A stretch of 64,000 bases of DNA from Promethearchaeati archaeon (GTDB lineage Archaea > Asgardarchaeota > Heimdallarchaeia > Heimdallarchaeales > Heimdallarchaeaceae): assembly GCA_013166775.1 (NCBI GenBank), contig JABLTJ010000006.1:59983-123982 (forward strand). The letters run 5' to 3'. The translations under genes and the position numbers were made by a program. Position 1 is the stretch's first letter, and each line of letters begins with the position of its first letter. Under the pieces are notes generated by a model. That model saw only the letters and a list, made by a program, of their open reading frames with translations, was not told the DNA's origin and made no database searches. This document shows, piece after piece, positions 8,764-19,800 of the stretch.

Positions 8764-9822
8764 TTGCCAATAAATGAAGAATTTTTAAAAAAACTTGCAA
8801 CAACCCCTAGAGCGACTGGTTATGAATTCGTTGCTCAGAAGCTGATTAAAGATTATCTAGAAAATGATGTAGATAAAGTAAAGAGCGATAAAGTAGGCAA
8901 TGTATATGCGATTATTAATCCCGAAAGTCCTTTTAAGATAATGTTAGCAGGACATATAGATCAAATTGGTTTTCAGATTTCGCATATTGATGATGATGGT
9001 TATCTATGGATTAGACCATTAGGTGGATTTGATACCACAACATTACCAGGAAAAAGAGTAACTGTATGTGGCAAAAATGGTAACATCTTAGGTGTCATTG
9101 GTAAGAAAGCAATTCATTTGATGAAAGCTGAAGATCGAAAAAAGGCTCCAGAAATGGAAAAATTATTCATCGATATTGGTTGCAAAGATAAAGAAGAAGC
9201 ATTAAAGAAAGTTGATGTTGCTGATTTTGCAGTCTTCGATTATGGATATGACAGATTAGGAGATAACAATTTTGCTGTTGCTTCTGGTTTTGATGATTCT
9301 ATTGGATCATTTATAGTAGCAGAAATTATGAAAGAGCTAGCGAAGGATAAAAGCTTCTTTGCTAGCGTTTATGGTGTTTCTACTGTTCAAGAAGAAATAG
9401 GTATGAGAGGAGCACATGTTGCAGCTAAGGCAATTCTACCAGATATAGGAATAGCATTTGATGTAGGACATACAGCTGATGCACCAGAAATGGATAAGAA
9501 AATTGTTGGAGATACTAAACTTGGAGGTGGTCCAATAATCTCGATAGGACCAAATCTCAATCCAATTGTTGTTAAGAAGTTGATGTCAATTGCTGAAGAA
9601 AATGACATTCCTTATCAAAAACATGCTGCTAATAGAGGAACAGGTACTGATGCTAATGCTCTACAACTAACAGGTGCAGCAACAGGTTTAGTTGGTATAC
9701 CAAATCGCTATATGCACACTGCAAGTGAAATTATCAGCTTAGACGACATTGAAAATATTGTAAAATTAGTTGTAATATTTATCAGATCTATAAAAGAAGG
9801 GGATTCATTCCTCCCCGTTTAA
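8764..9822 (+). CDS. M42 family (TET-like) aminopeptidase
   Basis: AGHIDQIG, GFDDSIG, VQEEIGMRGA, AFDV, GTDA, RYMHT. TTG start with a GGTGA SD. Confidence 0.93.
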   Translation: MPINEEFLKKLATTPRATGYEFVAQKLIKDYLENDVDKVKSDKVGNVYAIINPESPFKIMLAGHIDQIGFQISHIDDDGYLWIRPLGGFDTTTLPGKRVTVCGKNGNILGVIGKKAIHLMKAEDRKKAPEMEKLFIDIGCKDKEEALKKVDVADFAVFDYGYDRLGDNNFAVASGFDDSIGSFIVAEIMKELAKDKSFFASVYGVSTVQEEIGMRGAHVAAKAILPDIGIAFDVGHTADAPEMDKKIVGDTKLGGGPIISIGPNLNPIVVKKLMSIAEENDIPYQKHAANRGTGTDANALQLTGAATGLVGIPNRYMHTASEIISLDDIENIVKLVVIFIRSIKEGDSFLPV

Positions 9823-10170
9823 TTCTTTTTTAATTATAAAACTTAATCCCCTTTTCCGAAAACTCTCAAGATTTTTTTCTATTTTATTTGAATTCATTAC
9901 GAATACGTATTATTTAATTTTTACAACAGGGAATTCAATGATATTTTCTTCGGATTTAAAAATACAAGATTCTACTTCAAGTATAAGTTTTCATCCAAAC
10001 TTCCTATTAAATGTGATTTCGTATTTTGTAAAATCATTCTGTAATAATTCATCCCTCTTTTCTTCCAGTACTGCTTACAATCAGTATCTACTAAATCACA
10101 TATTGTCATATCCAGCAATTCCTCCCTTAAAAATTCTAGAAGAATGCACAAAAAGTCTTTCATCTCAATA
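9800..10170 (-). pseudogene. Possible decayed ORF
   Basis: One minus-strand frame reads protein-like (DERLFVHSSRIFKGGIAGYDNM*FSRY*L*AVLEEKRDELLQNDFTKYEITFNRKFG*KLILEVE...) with several in-frame stops. Confidence 0.3.
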
Positions 10171-10286
10171 AAAATACTATGTGAAATATATTAAAGAAAT
10201 TTTTCTATATTTTTCTATTTTAATTTTTATATTCAATCAAATTCATAGAACTTCAACAAGCTTAATTTTCTTAAAAATTAATCTAT

Positions 10287-11138
10287 TCATTCAATTAACA
10301 TTGTTAAATCGAAGTTTTTTACAGAATGAGTTAATGATCCTGAGGATATTAAATCTACACCTTCTAATGAGTACATATCTAGATTATTTAGATTGATATT
10401 CCCACTTAACTCAATTGATATATTAGAATTGACTTCTCTTATTTTTGGGATGATAATTTTAGCTTGATCTGGAGTAAAATTATCAAGCATCACTATATCC
10501 GCACCAGCTTTAACTGCTTCTAAAGCCTCTTCCTCATTCTGAACCTCAACTTCTATTTTCTTACTGAAACTAGTTCTTTCCTTCGCTTTCTCTATTGCTT
10601 TTGTTATTGATTCAAACATTCTAAGATGATTTTCTTTTAGTAAAATCATATCTGAAAGATTAAATCTATGAGTGTCCCCCCCACCTACAGTAACTGCAAA
10701 TTTATCATATTTACTAAGCCCAGGAACAATCTTCCTTGTTGCACAAATTCTGATAGTTGAATTTACAGATTGAGCTTTTTCGAGCATAATTGCAGTTTGA
10801 GTAGCGATTCCTGACATTCTGCCAAGAAGATTCAGAGCTAAACGTTCTGCTTGAAGTAAAGAATGTATATTCCCCTTAACTGAAGCTATTTGAGTCTTCT
10901 TAGATACATGTTGTCCATCTCCAACCGTTATTTCATACTCTGCTCCCATGAGCTCAAAAATCCTTTTCGCTATGAGAGTTCCTGCTATTACTCCCTCTTG
11001 TTTAGAATAAATTTTTCCTTTAACATTTTTCTGCGGCAGAAGAGCAGTTGTTATATCCCAATAAGAGATATCTTCAGAAAGCCAGTTTTTTATGTCCTCA
11101 TCTAGTAATAGTTGTGGAATCATGTTCAATTTCCCCAC
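10287..11138 (-). CDS. nadC: Quinolinate phosphoribosyltransferase (nicotinate-nucleotide diphosphorylase)
   Basis: ERLALN, SGIAT, TRK, HRFNLSDMILLKENH, EVEV, MLDNF, SG. Confidence 0.96.
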   Translation of the reverse strand: MGKLNMIPQLLLDEDIKNWLSEDISYWDITTALLPQKNVKGKIYSKQEGVIAGTLIAKRIFELMGAEYEITVGDGQHVSKKTQIASVKGNIHSLLQAERLALNLLGRMSGIATQTAIMLEKAQSVNSTIRICATRKIVPGLSKYDKFAVTVGGGDTHRFNLSDMILLKENHLRMFESITKAIEKAKERTSFSKKIEVEVQNEEEALEAVKAGADIVMLDNFTPDQAKIIIPKIREVNSNISIELSGNINLNNLDMYSLEGVDLISSGSLTHSVKNFDLTMLIE

Positions 11139-11141
11139 TTT

Positions 11142-12170
11142 TTAGTATTTTAGCATATTGTTTACAGCTTTGTAAGCTTTTAATCTAACTTCTTTATCTA
11201 ATTCAATTATGTGTTCAGAAGTTGGATTTTCTATAGCTTTTAGTGTTGTGTAAAGGTCATTACTCTTCATACTTACACAGATCATGTGACTATCTTGAAA
11301 ATTTAGGTGAGGATATTCAACTTTCATTCTATCTATGAATCCTTGCTCCGTAAGAAATAGAATCTTGTGGCCATTCTTCGATTCTTTAGCATATCTATGC
11401 ATATCTCCAGTCCCCCCTACTAAATCAACTCTACTAATAATTTCAGGTCTGCATTCAAGATGAGCAAAAGTTTTCACTTCTGAATCTTTGAAAATTTTAT
11501 CAAACCTTCTTTCAGTAAAAGCATGATGAGTTCGGCAGAATCCCTTCTCCCATGTAATGATTTTCTTTCCAGTAATCTTAGCTAAGTTTACTCCCATGTT
11601 ATGATCAGGAACAAAAATTATTGTTTCATCTTCAAGTTGTTCAATAATTTTTTTTGCATTAGCAGAGGTGCAACAGATATCTGATTCTGCTTTAACTTCT
11701 GCAGTAGTATTAACATAACAAACAACTGGAGCTCCTGGATATCGTTCTTTCAAAGCTTTAACATCTTCCCCTGTAATAGAATCTGCTAAAGTACAATCTC
11801 TACCTTTGAGAGGAACATAAACAGTTTTTTCAGGATTAAGGATTTTAACTGTTTCAGCCATGAAATCAACACCACAGAACATGATTGTATCTTCTTCGAT
11901 TTCTGTAGCTATTTTTGCTAATCCTAATGAATCACCCACTATATCAGCAATTCCAAAAATGATTTCTGGTGATTGATAAGAATGAGCTAAGATTTTAATT
12001 CCTTTCTCTTTCTTCAACGTATTAATTCGTAGCGTGAAAGGTGCTAGTTGTTCACATACTTCCCTTGTCCAGCCCAGCTTACTTAGTTTAGAATAAAGAC
12101 GCTCGATTTCATTATTCAGCTTTTGTTGATCCTGAGCTGGGATTTGTGGTGCGTCTTCTACTATAACCAT
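11142..12170 (-). CDS. nadA: Quinolinate synthase A
   Basis: AHSYQ, GDSL, FCGVDFMAE, YVNT, TSAN, AHLEC and three cluster Cys (DCTL, FCRTH, ICVSM). 3 bp from nadC. Confidence 0.95.
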   Translation of the reverse strand: MVIVEDAPQIPAQDQQKLNNEIERLYSKLSKLGWTREVCEQLAPFTLRINTLKKEKGIKILAHSYQSPEIIFGIADIVGDSLGLAKIATEIEEDTIMFCGVDFMAETVKILNPEKTVYVPLKGRDCTLADSITGEDVKALKERYPGAPVVCYVNTTAEVKAESDICCTSANAKKIIEQLEDETIIFVPDHNMGVNLAKITGKKIITWEKGFCRTHHAFTERRFDKIFKDSEVKTFAHLECRPEIISRVDLVGGTGDMHRYAKESKNGHKILFLTEQGFIDRMKVEYPHLNFQDSHMICVSMKSNDLYTTLKAIENPTSEHIIELDKEVRLKAYKAVNNMLKY

Positions 12171-12372
12171 TACAATCGGGATGGTTTTTGTTGTGAAGTA
12201 TTTAAAGAATGTTCGTTTAAGGTAAAAATTGAATGAAGATTAAATCAATATTTCTTTTAAGGCTCTGAAATGTGCGAATCCGATACTTACTATGAATAAA
12301 TGAAGCAAATTTTGCCCATATTTTCCTTCTAAATCTCCACATTTTCTCTTTAGAACTCCCCTAAGTGAATTT

Positions 12373-12391
12373 TATGTATTGACAATACATA
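12373..12391. promoter_or_regulatory. Perfect inverted repeat TATGTATTG-A-CAATACATA, candidate operator
   Basis: 9-bp arms around a 1-bp centre, in the nadA / NADK-HTH divergent intergenic region. Confidence 0.55.
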
Positions 12392-12435
12392 TTTTTAAAA
12401 CCTAATGAAAAAATGATTTTTTTACTAAATTTTAA

Positions 12436-12469
12436 GCGAGAATTGGTACTCGCCAAATACTATTTAAAT
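12436..12469 (+). promoter_or_regulatory. GCGAG-N8-CTCGC inverted repeat just upstream of a TATA-like box (TATTTAAAT)
   Basis: GC-rich IR at 12436-12453 in an AT-rich background. TATA-like element at 12461-12469, about 40-50 bp before the start of the NADK-HTH gene. Confidence 0.4.
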
Positions 12470-12507
12470 GAATTAACAGTAATATTTTTTTAGTAAAGAA
12501 ACACAGA

Positions 12508-13563
12508 GTGGAAGAAATGAAGATCGCTTTGTATGTAACTGAAGGTAAAAACTACGTTGAGTTTTCTGATACTATCAAAGAGATTATTCAAGAGTTAGCT
12601 CCCGAAACAGAAATAATACCATTAAGAGATAAAGAGTTAAATCAGGAAAACTGGCAGAGTGAACTAAAAGATTTTTCACTTAATAATGCTGATTTAGTTA
12701 TAACTGTTGGAGATGCAGGAACTTTTCTTCGAGCAATCTTTTTGAGTAGAAAGTCCATTCCTGTAGTAGCTGCTTCCTCTGAAAGGTTGAGTTTCTTTAC
12801 AGAAATAGCTCCAAACAATTTAAGAGAAAATCTTAACTTGATATTGAACAATAGATTCTTTATTGATGATTATAATAGAGTTGAAATTCAAGGAGTTTTC
12901 AATAAAATTCCAATACCTGCATTAAATGAAATTGCCATTTTTCCGAGAGATTCAGCGTTGCTCATGAATTACACTATTGTAGTGGATAACAATGTTCTCT
13001 ACAGAGGACGAGCTGATGGGATTATTATTTCAACAGCTCTTGGAAGTACCGGATATGCTCTTTCATCCGGAGGTCCCATAGCTTTCGGTAATCCAAATAT
13101 TTTAATCGCTGTTCCTGTTAATCCATTGAACAAAGAACATATCCCACTTGTGGTTCCTTTGGAATCTGAGATTAAAATTGTTAACATGAGATCAAGATCA
13201 CCAATAGAAGCAGTCATTGATGGACAAATTCGATTGAAACTGGAAGAAGAAGTACTCATTAAGCAAGCAAGAACCGATGTGAAAATATTAAGGTTTCAAT
13301 CAAGAAAAAATATTCTAGCAAAACTAAGAAATAGATTAGTTGAACTAGATTTGCGCCATTTAGAAGGGGTACCTCCTTCTGCAAAATATATTTTTAAACT
13401 GCTATTGACAGAAGGAGAAATGACACAAAAAGAACTTATAGAAAGTACGGGTTTGCCAAATAGAACTGTGAGAAACGCTTTGAATATCTTAAAAGAGAAG
13501 GGAGTTATTAGTCAAAGACCACATTTAAGAGATGCGAGACAATCGATTTATTTCGCTTCATAA
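12508..13563 (+). CDS. NAD-kinase-fold protein fused to a C-terminal winged HTH (MarR-like); putative regulator
   Basis: ALNE, DGIIISTALGSTGYALSSGGP and IDGQ NADK motifs. GGDGT is replaced by GDAGT. C-terminal PPSAKYIFKLL...MTQKELIESTGLPNRTVRNAL...RDARQSIY is an archaeal wHTH. Start is GTG 12508 or ATG 12517. Confidence 0.88.
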   Translation: MEEMKIALYVTEGKNYVEFSDTIKEIIQELAPETEIIPLRDKELNQENWQSELKDFSLNNADLVITVGDAGTFLRAIFLSRKSIPVVAASSERLSFFTEIAPNNLRENLNLILNNRFFIDDYNRVEIQGVFNKIPIPALNEIAIFPRDSALLMNYTIVVDNNVLYRGRADGIIISTALGSTGYALSSGGPIAFGNPNILIAVPVNPLNKEHIPLVVPLESEIKIVNMRSRSPIEAVIDGQIRLKLEEEVLIKQARTDVKILRFQSRKNILAKLRNRLVELDLRHLEGVPPSAKYIFKLLLTEGEMTQKELIESTGLPNRTVRNALNILKEKGVISQRPHLRDARQSIYFAS

Positions 13564-13800
13564 TTCCTTTGAATAATGTAACAAAATAATGCCTTACATT
13601 TCTTTTTTATCTAATTAATGAACAAAGAGTGAAAAGCCTTGATTCATTAATTTTATTAGGTTTAAAGCCGAAATGTTAAAAATCTAATTGAATTTGTCGG
13701 GAAACACTTATATAAAAATTTATCCTTCGAGTTAGTGAAATCTAGATAAGCAAGGGGTACAAGTTTTACTAGGTTTTAAACTTAAGGTAGTGAGAAATTT

Positions 13801-16800
13801 ATGTCAAGAAAAAAGCAGATTATTACTTTTACAGCATTATGTCTTATACTTTTGAATTTTTCAATGGTATATACTCAAGGTCAGATTGTTGGTGACCAAA
13901 CAGAAAGAATGTCTTTTACAAATCCTGGTGATTTTTTGCCAAAACGTATAGCAATTCTTTATGATCCTATAAATCCAAACACAATCGAAACTGCAAGAGC
14001 AATTTATGAGACAATTAAATATCTGTACTCAAATGTACAGATGATAGCTGTTTATACTCCCGATATGTTATATGATACATTCAAAGATGAGTATTGGATT
14101 CGTATTTATGTTTTCGATACTGATCTTACTGGTCTGGAAACAGCGGGAGGGACTATTCAATGGAGAAAAATAGGTCGATATTATGAGACCTATGAAAAAA
14201 CACACCATATTGCAGTATATGGAAATGCATACAAAGTTGCAAAAATGGTTTCTAGTCCAAACTGTTATTTTGAAGAAAAGGAAAAAATGGATGTTCGAAC
14301 TGGTTTTCTTCATGCAATTTGGTCTCTATCAACGATTTTTTTGAGTCATAAAAAAGAAATCTATAAAGAGATTGGTGCAAATTTCCAAAAAGTAGCAATT
14401 CAATACTTTGCATCAGAATTTGAAGCATTAACTTTAGCTGAATTTGATCCACAATATAGTTTGGGTGAAGAAGATCCCATTGAATCAGAGAAAAGAATTG
14501 CCAATTTTAAAGAAACGCATCCAGATCAATTAGCAAAAATCCATCCAGAAACAGGAGAGTTTATAGAACCTACAGCGGAGATTCCAGGTTTTGATCCAGC
14601 TCTCAATCTAAAAACTATGGTAAAAGCTCAAGAAGATAATGATATCATACTAACAGAATTTCCATTTCTATCCTCTCTTACTGGAGCTGCTGGGGATGTC
14701 ATTCAATTGTTATTGGAATTGATAGGAGCAGATATTCCTGATGGAGTTATTACGGTTGGACAAGAATTTGCGAATTCGATTAAAACTATAGTTGAGGAAA
14801 TACCCAAGATTATCGGGCTTATAAAGGATCCTAGTGCTAGTAGTGCATTAGAATTGTTCTTTGATATTTTAAAATCTGCTTTTCCATCTTTAGAAAAATA
14901 CAAACCTTATTTTGATATTGCATCAAAAGCTATCTTTGCAATACAAGAAGGTCCTGCAGGTATTTTGGGATTAATGGATGATTTACTATTATTTTTGATT
15001 CCTGAAAGCGCTACAGGTTTTGTAACTGATATTGTTAATATGTTAAATCTCACTACTGAATTTTACGATGGTCTACTTGAAGCAGAAAAATGGTCAGACT
15101 ACTTGATGAAACACCTGAATAAGCAACTAATATATCAAATAATCTGGAAAGTTGCTAATCTAGTAGGTGGTGCTCTAAATAATACAAACACAGTAGATAC
15201 AATAACTGAAATGTTTGTTATAGGAATTGAAATAATCTCAACCAGAAATTATACCTCAGTCGTTAGAGACATAATTCCATATCTGGGCATGAAGATTCTG
15301 GGTGTATCAGATGATGATACAGCAACACTATTTGAAATTCTTGGCATCCTATTGCAAATGGGATTAGGAGCTGCAGGTGTACTCGAGGTAGATTTTGATG
15401 ACAGTGCTCAAGATTTATTCGCAGCGTTGTTCCCAGATGTTGATTTCACACTGCAGGATGGAAAGGAAGCAATTCAAGATCTGATAGATGTAACGAAACA
15501 AATGGTTGAGGGAGAAATAACTGATTATACTACAATTAGAAGTAACGTTGTTACTGTTATAGATGCAGTAGATACTTTGTCTTCGTTTGATTTATCTGCA
15601 TCAAGAACAAATGTTATCGCAGAATGCATCACACTAGCTTACAAACTTCTTCAGAACGATTTTCAAATACCTAGTGAATTGGATTTTATCTCTTTGATTA
15701 CTGATATTATAAATGAATTTTATCCTTCAATGGATGCAGATAAAAAACAATTGATCAGTAAAGCACTTGAACTTGCATCTTCTCTAGTTGCTTTTGTAAC
15801 TGATTCTGATAGTGCAAAGATTTTTATTAAAGGTTCAATTAATGATTTTATATCTGATATTGGAGAAAATCCCGGGGAATTGGTTAAATCTGTTCTTGGT
15901 GTAGTAATCCCATTAATTTCAGGAGAAACTCCAGATCAATCAATTCTTGATGGAGTTGGAACAGTTGTTTCTACTATTGTAGATATGCTTTCAGGGGGAT
16001 TCGATTTCTCAATACAAAATATATTACAAACAGTGGTTAGTATAGCAGGTGTAGGTTTATCCTTATTGGATCCAGATATACCAATGAACATCGTTACAGA
16101 TATCTTCAATTTATTCTGGTCTGATAAGCCAGAATTCAATGATGTAGCAAAGGTTGTTGAAGATATTATTACAATCATTCAACCTTCAGTTTCTCCAACA
16201 GTTTTGAATATAGTAGAAGTTGTCCTTGTTTTTATTGGATCAGCTAAAGGAATTTTCAAGGACGGAACAAAATGGATAATGAACCAACTAGTAGGATGGG
16301 TATCAGGAAAGATTGCAGATCTACTTAATATGCTTACTAGTAAATTAAATGATTTGATAATGAATATTGGTTCATTTCTTAGTTTCTCTGCAAACTTTAC
16401 TGTAGGTTTCGGTAGTTTTTCAGCTTTTTATATGAGTGTATTCTTTAAACTTTCACCAGGTTTTTCAATTAACAAAGAAGCAGTAATCGATTTAGTAAAT
16501 GATCTAGTCTTCCATGGTTCAACATTGCTTAGTTCGGGTAATCTTGGATATCTGTTTAAGAAAATACTGAGCGCAATATCAATAATACCACTTTTAGAAG
16601 CAGGATTAGAGGTTAGCTCAGGAACTACGGGTAAAGATAGTTTGACAAATAAATTGTTGGATAAACTAGGAGTTGAGCTTGCGTTTTCTGGTTCTGCAGG
16701 AGTGAAGCTGCAACTTATGAAAATAGAAAATGGAAAGATAAGTACAAGTGATTTTTTGAAATTAATAGAATTCTTCTTTAAATTTGAAATCTCTCTATCG

Positions 16801-19800
16801 AAGACATTTCCACTTGCGGAATTCTTTTTTGGTCCTGCAGTATCAGTGTTAGCAAAGGTTGCTGAACATTTAGGATTGGGAGGAATATATCTAGAAATTA
16901 CTTTCTTTATTTCAATAGAAATTGTGAAAAGGATAGATACGAAGTTCCAAAGCGCTGCTGAAATCTTAACGATTGTAATAGGTCTTACGGTAGCAATAAT
17001 CATAGATCTCTCTCTAGTGATAGTAGGAATCACGATAACGTTTGGCTTTACAGTGACGTTAAGTTTTATACAAGATTTCTTAGCTGGGTCACCGCTACAA
17101 GTTGTTTTGGTGATAGTTATTTTCATTTCAGTAAAAATTGTATTCCTATTCTGGGATTGGAGTAAAACCATTGAATTTGGTCCAGATCCAATATATCTAG
17201 CGGGAGGAAAGGATGACCCAGAGACGCGGGAGGAGATGACGGGATTGGATGAAGATGGAGATGGATTACCAGATTCTTATGAAGAAGAGATTCCAGGCTT
17301 GAAATTAGACTCTGACGATTCAGATGGTGATGGATTATCGGATAAATTCGAAATTAGAAATAGTGGAACAGATCCAATAGTTAATGACACTGATGGGGAT
17401 AGACTTCTTGATGGATATGAGTACCAAGTTCTTCGAACCAATCCTTTGCAGTGTGATAGTGATTTTGATGGATTAACTGACTACGAAGAAGTAGTAATTT
17501 ATGGAACAGATCCAAATTCAATAGACACAGATGGAGATCAATTAGATGATTATTACGAAGTAAATACTGCGTGGAATATCACAGGAATAAAAAGAAGCGT
17601 TCCATTTGTAATGATTGGAGGAGTAATGTATATTGATCATACAGATCCTCTAAATCCAGACACAGATGGTGATGGAATTCTAGATGGTCAAGAAGGACCT
17701 TTCGGTGCATATTATGGTCCTGATTTGTATGATGATGAAGATGATTCCTATTACCCAGATCAACCTCCAATTATATATAATGAAGGATATATTCATCCTC
17801 TAGATAATGACACAGATGATGATAGTTATCGGCAATTATGTAATGGAACTATTGCTCCAGGGAACATGTTTTTAATCCCTATGACTGATAAAATTGAGAT
17901 AGATGGACAATGGGTGATATTCATCGAGGATGATGAATTAATTCCAAGACTAGTAAGAACCAATCCAGTCAATCCTGACACAGATGGTGATACTGGAATA
18001 GACCCTTCATGGAGAGGAGATGCAGCTCCTATCAATATATTTCTAAAATCTGATGGATATGAATTGTGGTTAGACCCACCAACAGATCCTAATGATGCAG
18101 ATACTGATGATGATGGCTTGATTGATGGTTTTGAAGGATGGGGAAATCCAACTGGAAATCATACTGATCCAAATAATGCGGATACCGACAATGATGGATT
18201 AGGTGATCTTCAAGATATCTTACTTGGATGTGATCCTTTGGATCCCGATTCAGACGGAGATGGTGTTCTGGACGGAGAAGAATTCTTCAAATATGGTACA
18301 AATCCTGCATATGAAGATACAGATCATGATGGTTTACTCGATGGAGAAGAACTATATCTCTTCCATACAAATCCTCTTGCAGTTGATTCTGATGGTGATG
18401 GAATTGAAGATGGTTTAGAGGTTCTATATTATGACACTAATCCAATGGATGAAGATGAAGATAATGATGGATTAACAGATTGGGAAGAAATCTTCTATCA
18501 TGGAACACTACCAAAGGTCTACGATTCAGATGGGGATGGATTGAGTGATTGGGAAGAAGTAGCTGTCTATTATACACATCCTCTCAAATGGGATACAGAT
18601 AATGATACAATATGGTATCCTAATGAAGTTGGAGAAATGACCTTCCCAATGTCCGATGGAGATGAAATCAAAGTATTTGGAACAAATCCTCTATCATCAG
18701 ATTCAGATGTTGATGGTATTTACGATTGTTTAGAATTATATTTGGGTTCAGGACTTATACCAGATTTCGCACCAATTCTACTTGATCCTATGTCTAATGA
18801 TACAGATGGAGATGGGTTGCTAGATGCTCACGAATTAGTAGTTGCAAATGTAACTAATATTATCTATCCTTACAGAAGTTTTCTTTTTACAACTCCGTAT
18901 AATACTTCAGTCGTTAACCCAGATACAGACGGTGATGGTCTACTAGATGGAGATGAAGTTCTTGTTTATGGAACTCTTGCAAATACTACAGATTCTGATG
19001 GTGATGGAATAGATGATGGTAATGAAATATTTGCAACATTCACTAATCCACTAACTTCAGATACGGATGGAGACGCATTAACTGATTATGAAGAAATTTG
19101 GGGATATCCTGAATACGCTTTGGATCCGATGAATCCTGATGTTGATGGTGATATGCTTCCTGATGGTGCAGAAATACTCCTGTATGGTACCAATCCAAAT
19201 AATCCAGATGAGGATGATAACGGAGTTTTGGATGGTCTCGAGACGGACTTTGATTTTGATGGCTTAGAAGATGGTTATGAATTCTTTGTATATAAAACTC
19301 CAATGGTAGCAGGCGGAGGCGTTACACAACCGGATAGTGATAGAGATGGTCTGGGAGATGGAGCAGAAGTGTATCTTTATGGTACTAACTGTACTCTTTG
19401 GGATACTGATAATGATACCTTCTCTGATGGTTTGGAAGTTATGGTTGGGACTGATCCTCTGACTTTTACAACGCTTGAAGAATTCCGTGATGCTATTCAA
19501 GCTTTTGAGAGAGGTGTAGTAGTTGTATCACCTGTTCAAGGAGGAATTTACTCACCTTCAAACTTTACATTCATTATCTATAATGCTTCACCAGTTCTAG
19601 ATGTTACTTATCAAATGAGAAAAGGAAGCGACGATTTCAGTGATAATGTATCTATGCATTTCTCTATGGAAACAAGTACATGGATGAGTACGGGAGATTA
19701 TATCAGCAGTGGAGATTATGAAGTTAAATTCTACGTCCATCATCCAGATGATACGTATACAGTTGTAACTAGAACCTTCGTTGTTGAAGGGACGGCAGTT

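Noticed and set aside
9800-10170. TGA recoding (selenocysteine or alternative code) in the interrupted frame
   Set aside because: TAA stops also interrupt the frame, and TGA is used as a normal stop by several genes in the window.
16428-17171. 247-aa antisense ORF (and the many 60-145 aa shadow ORFs in the track)
   Set aside because: They lie opposite or inside well-supported genes, have no motifs, and are expected from codon bias on the coding strand.
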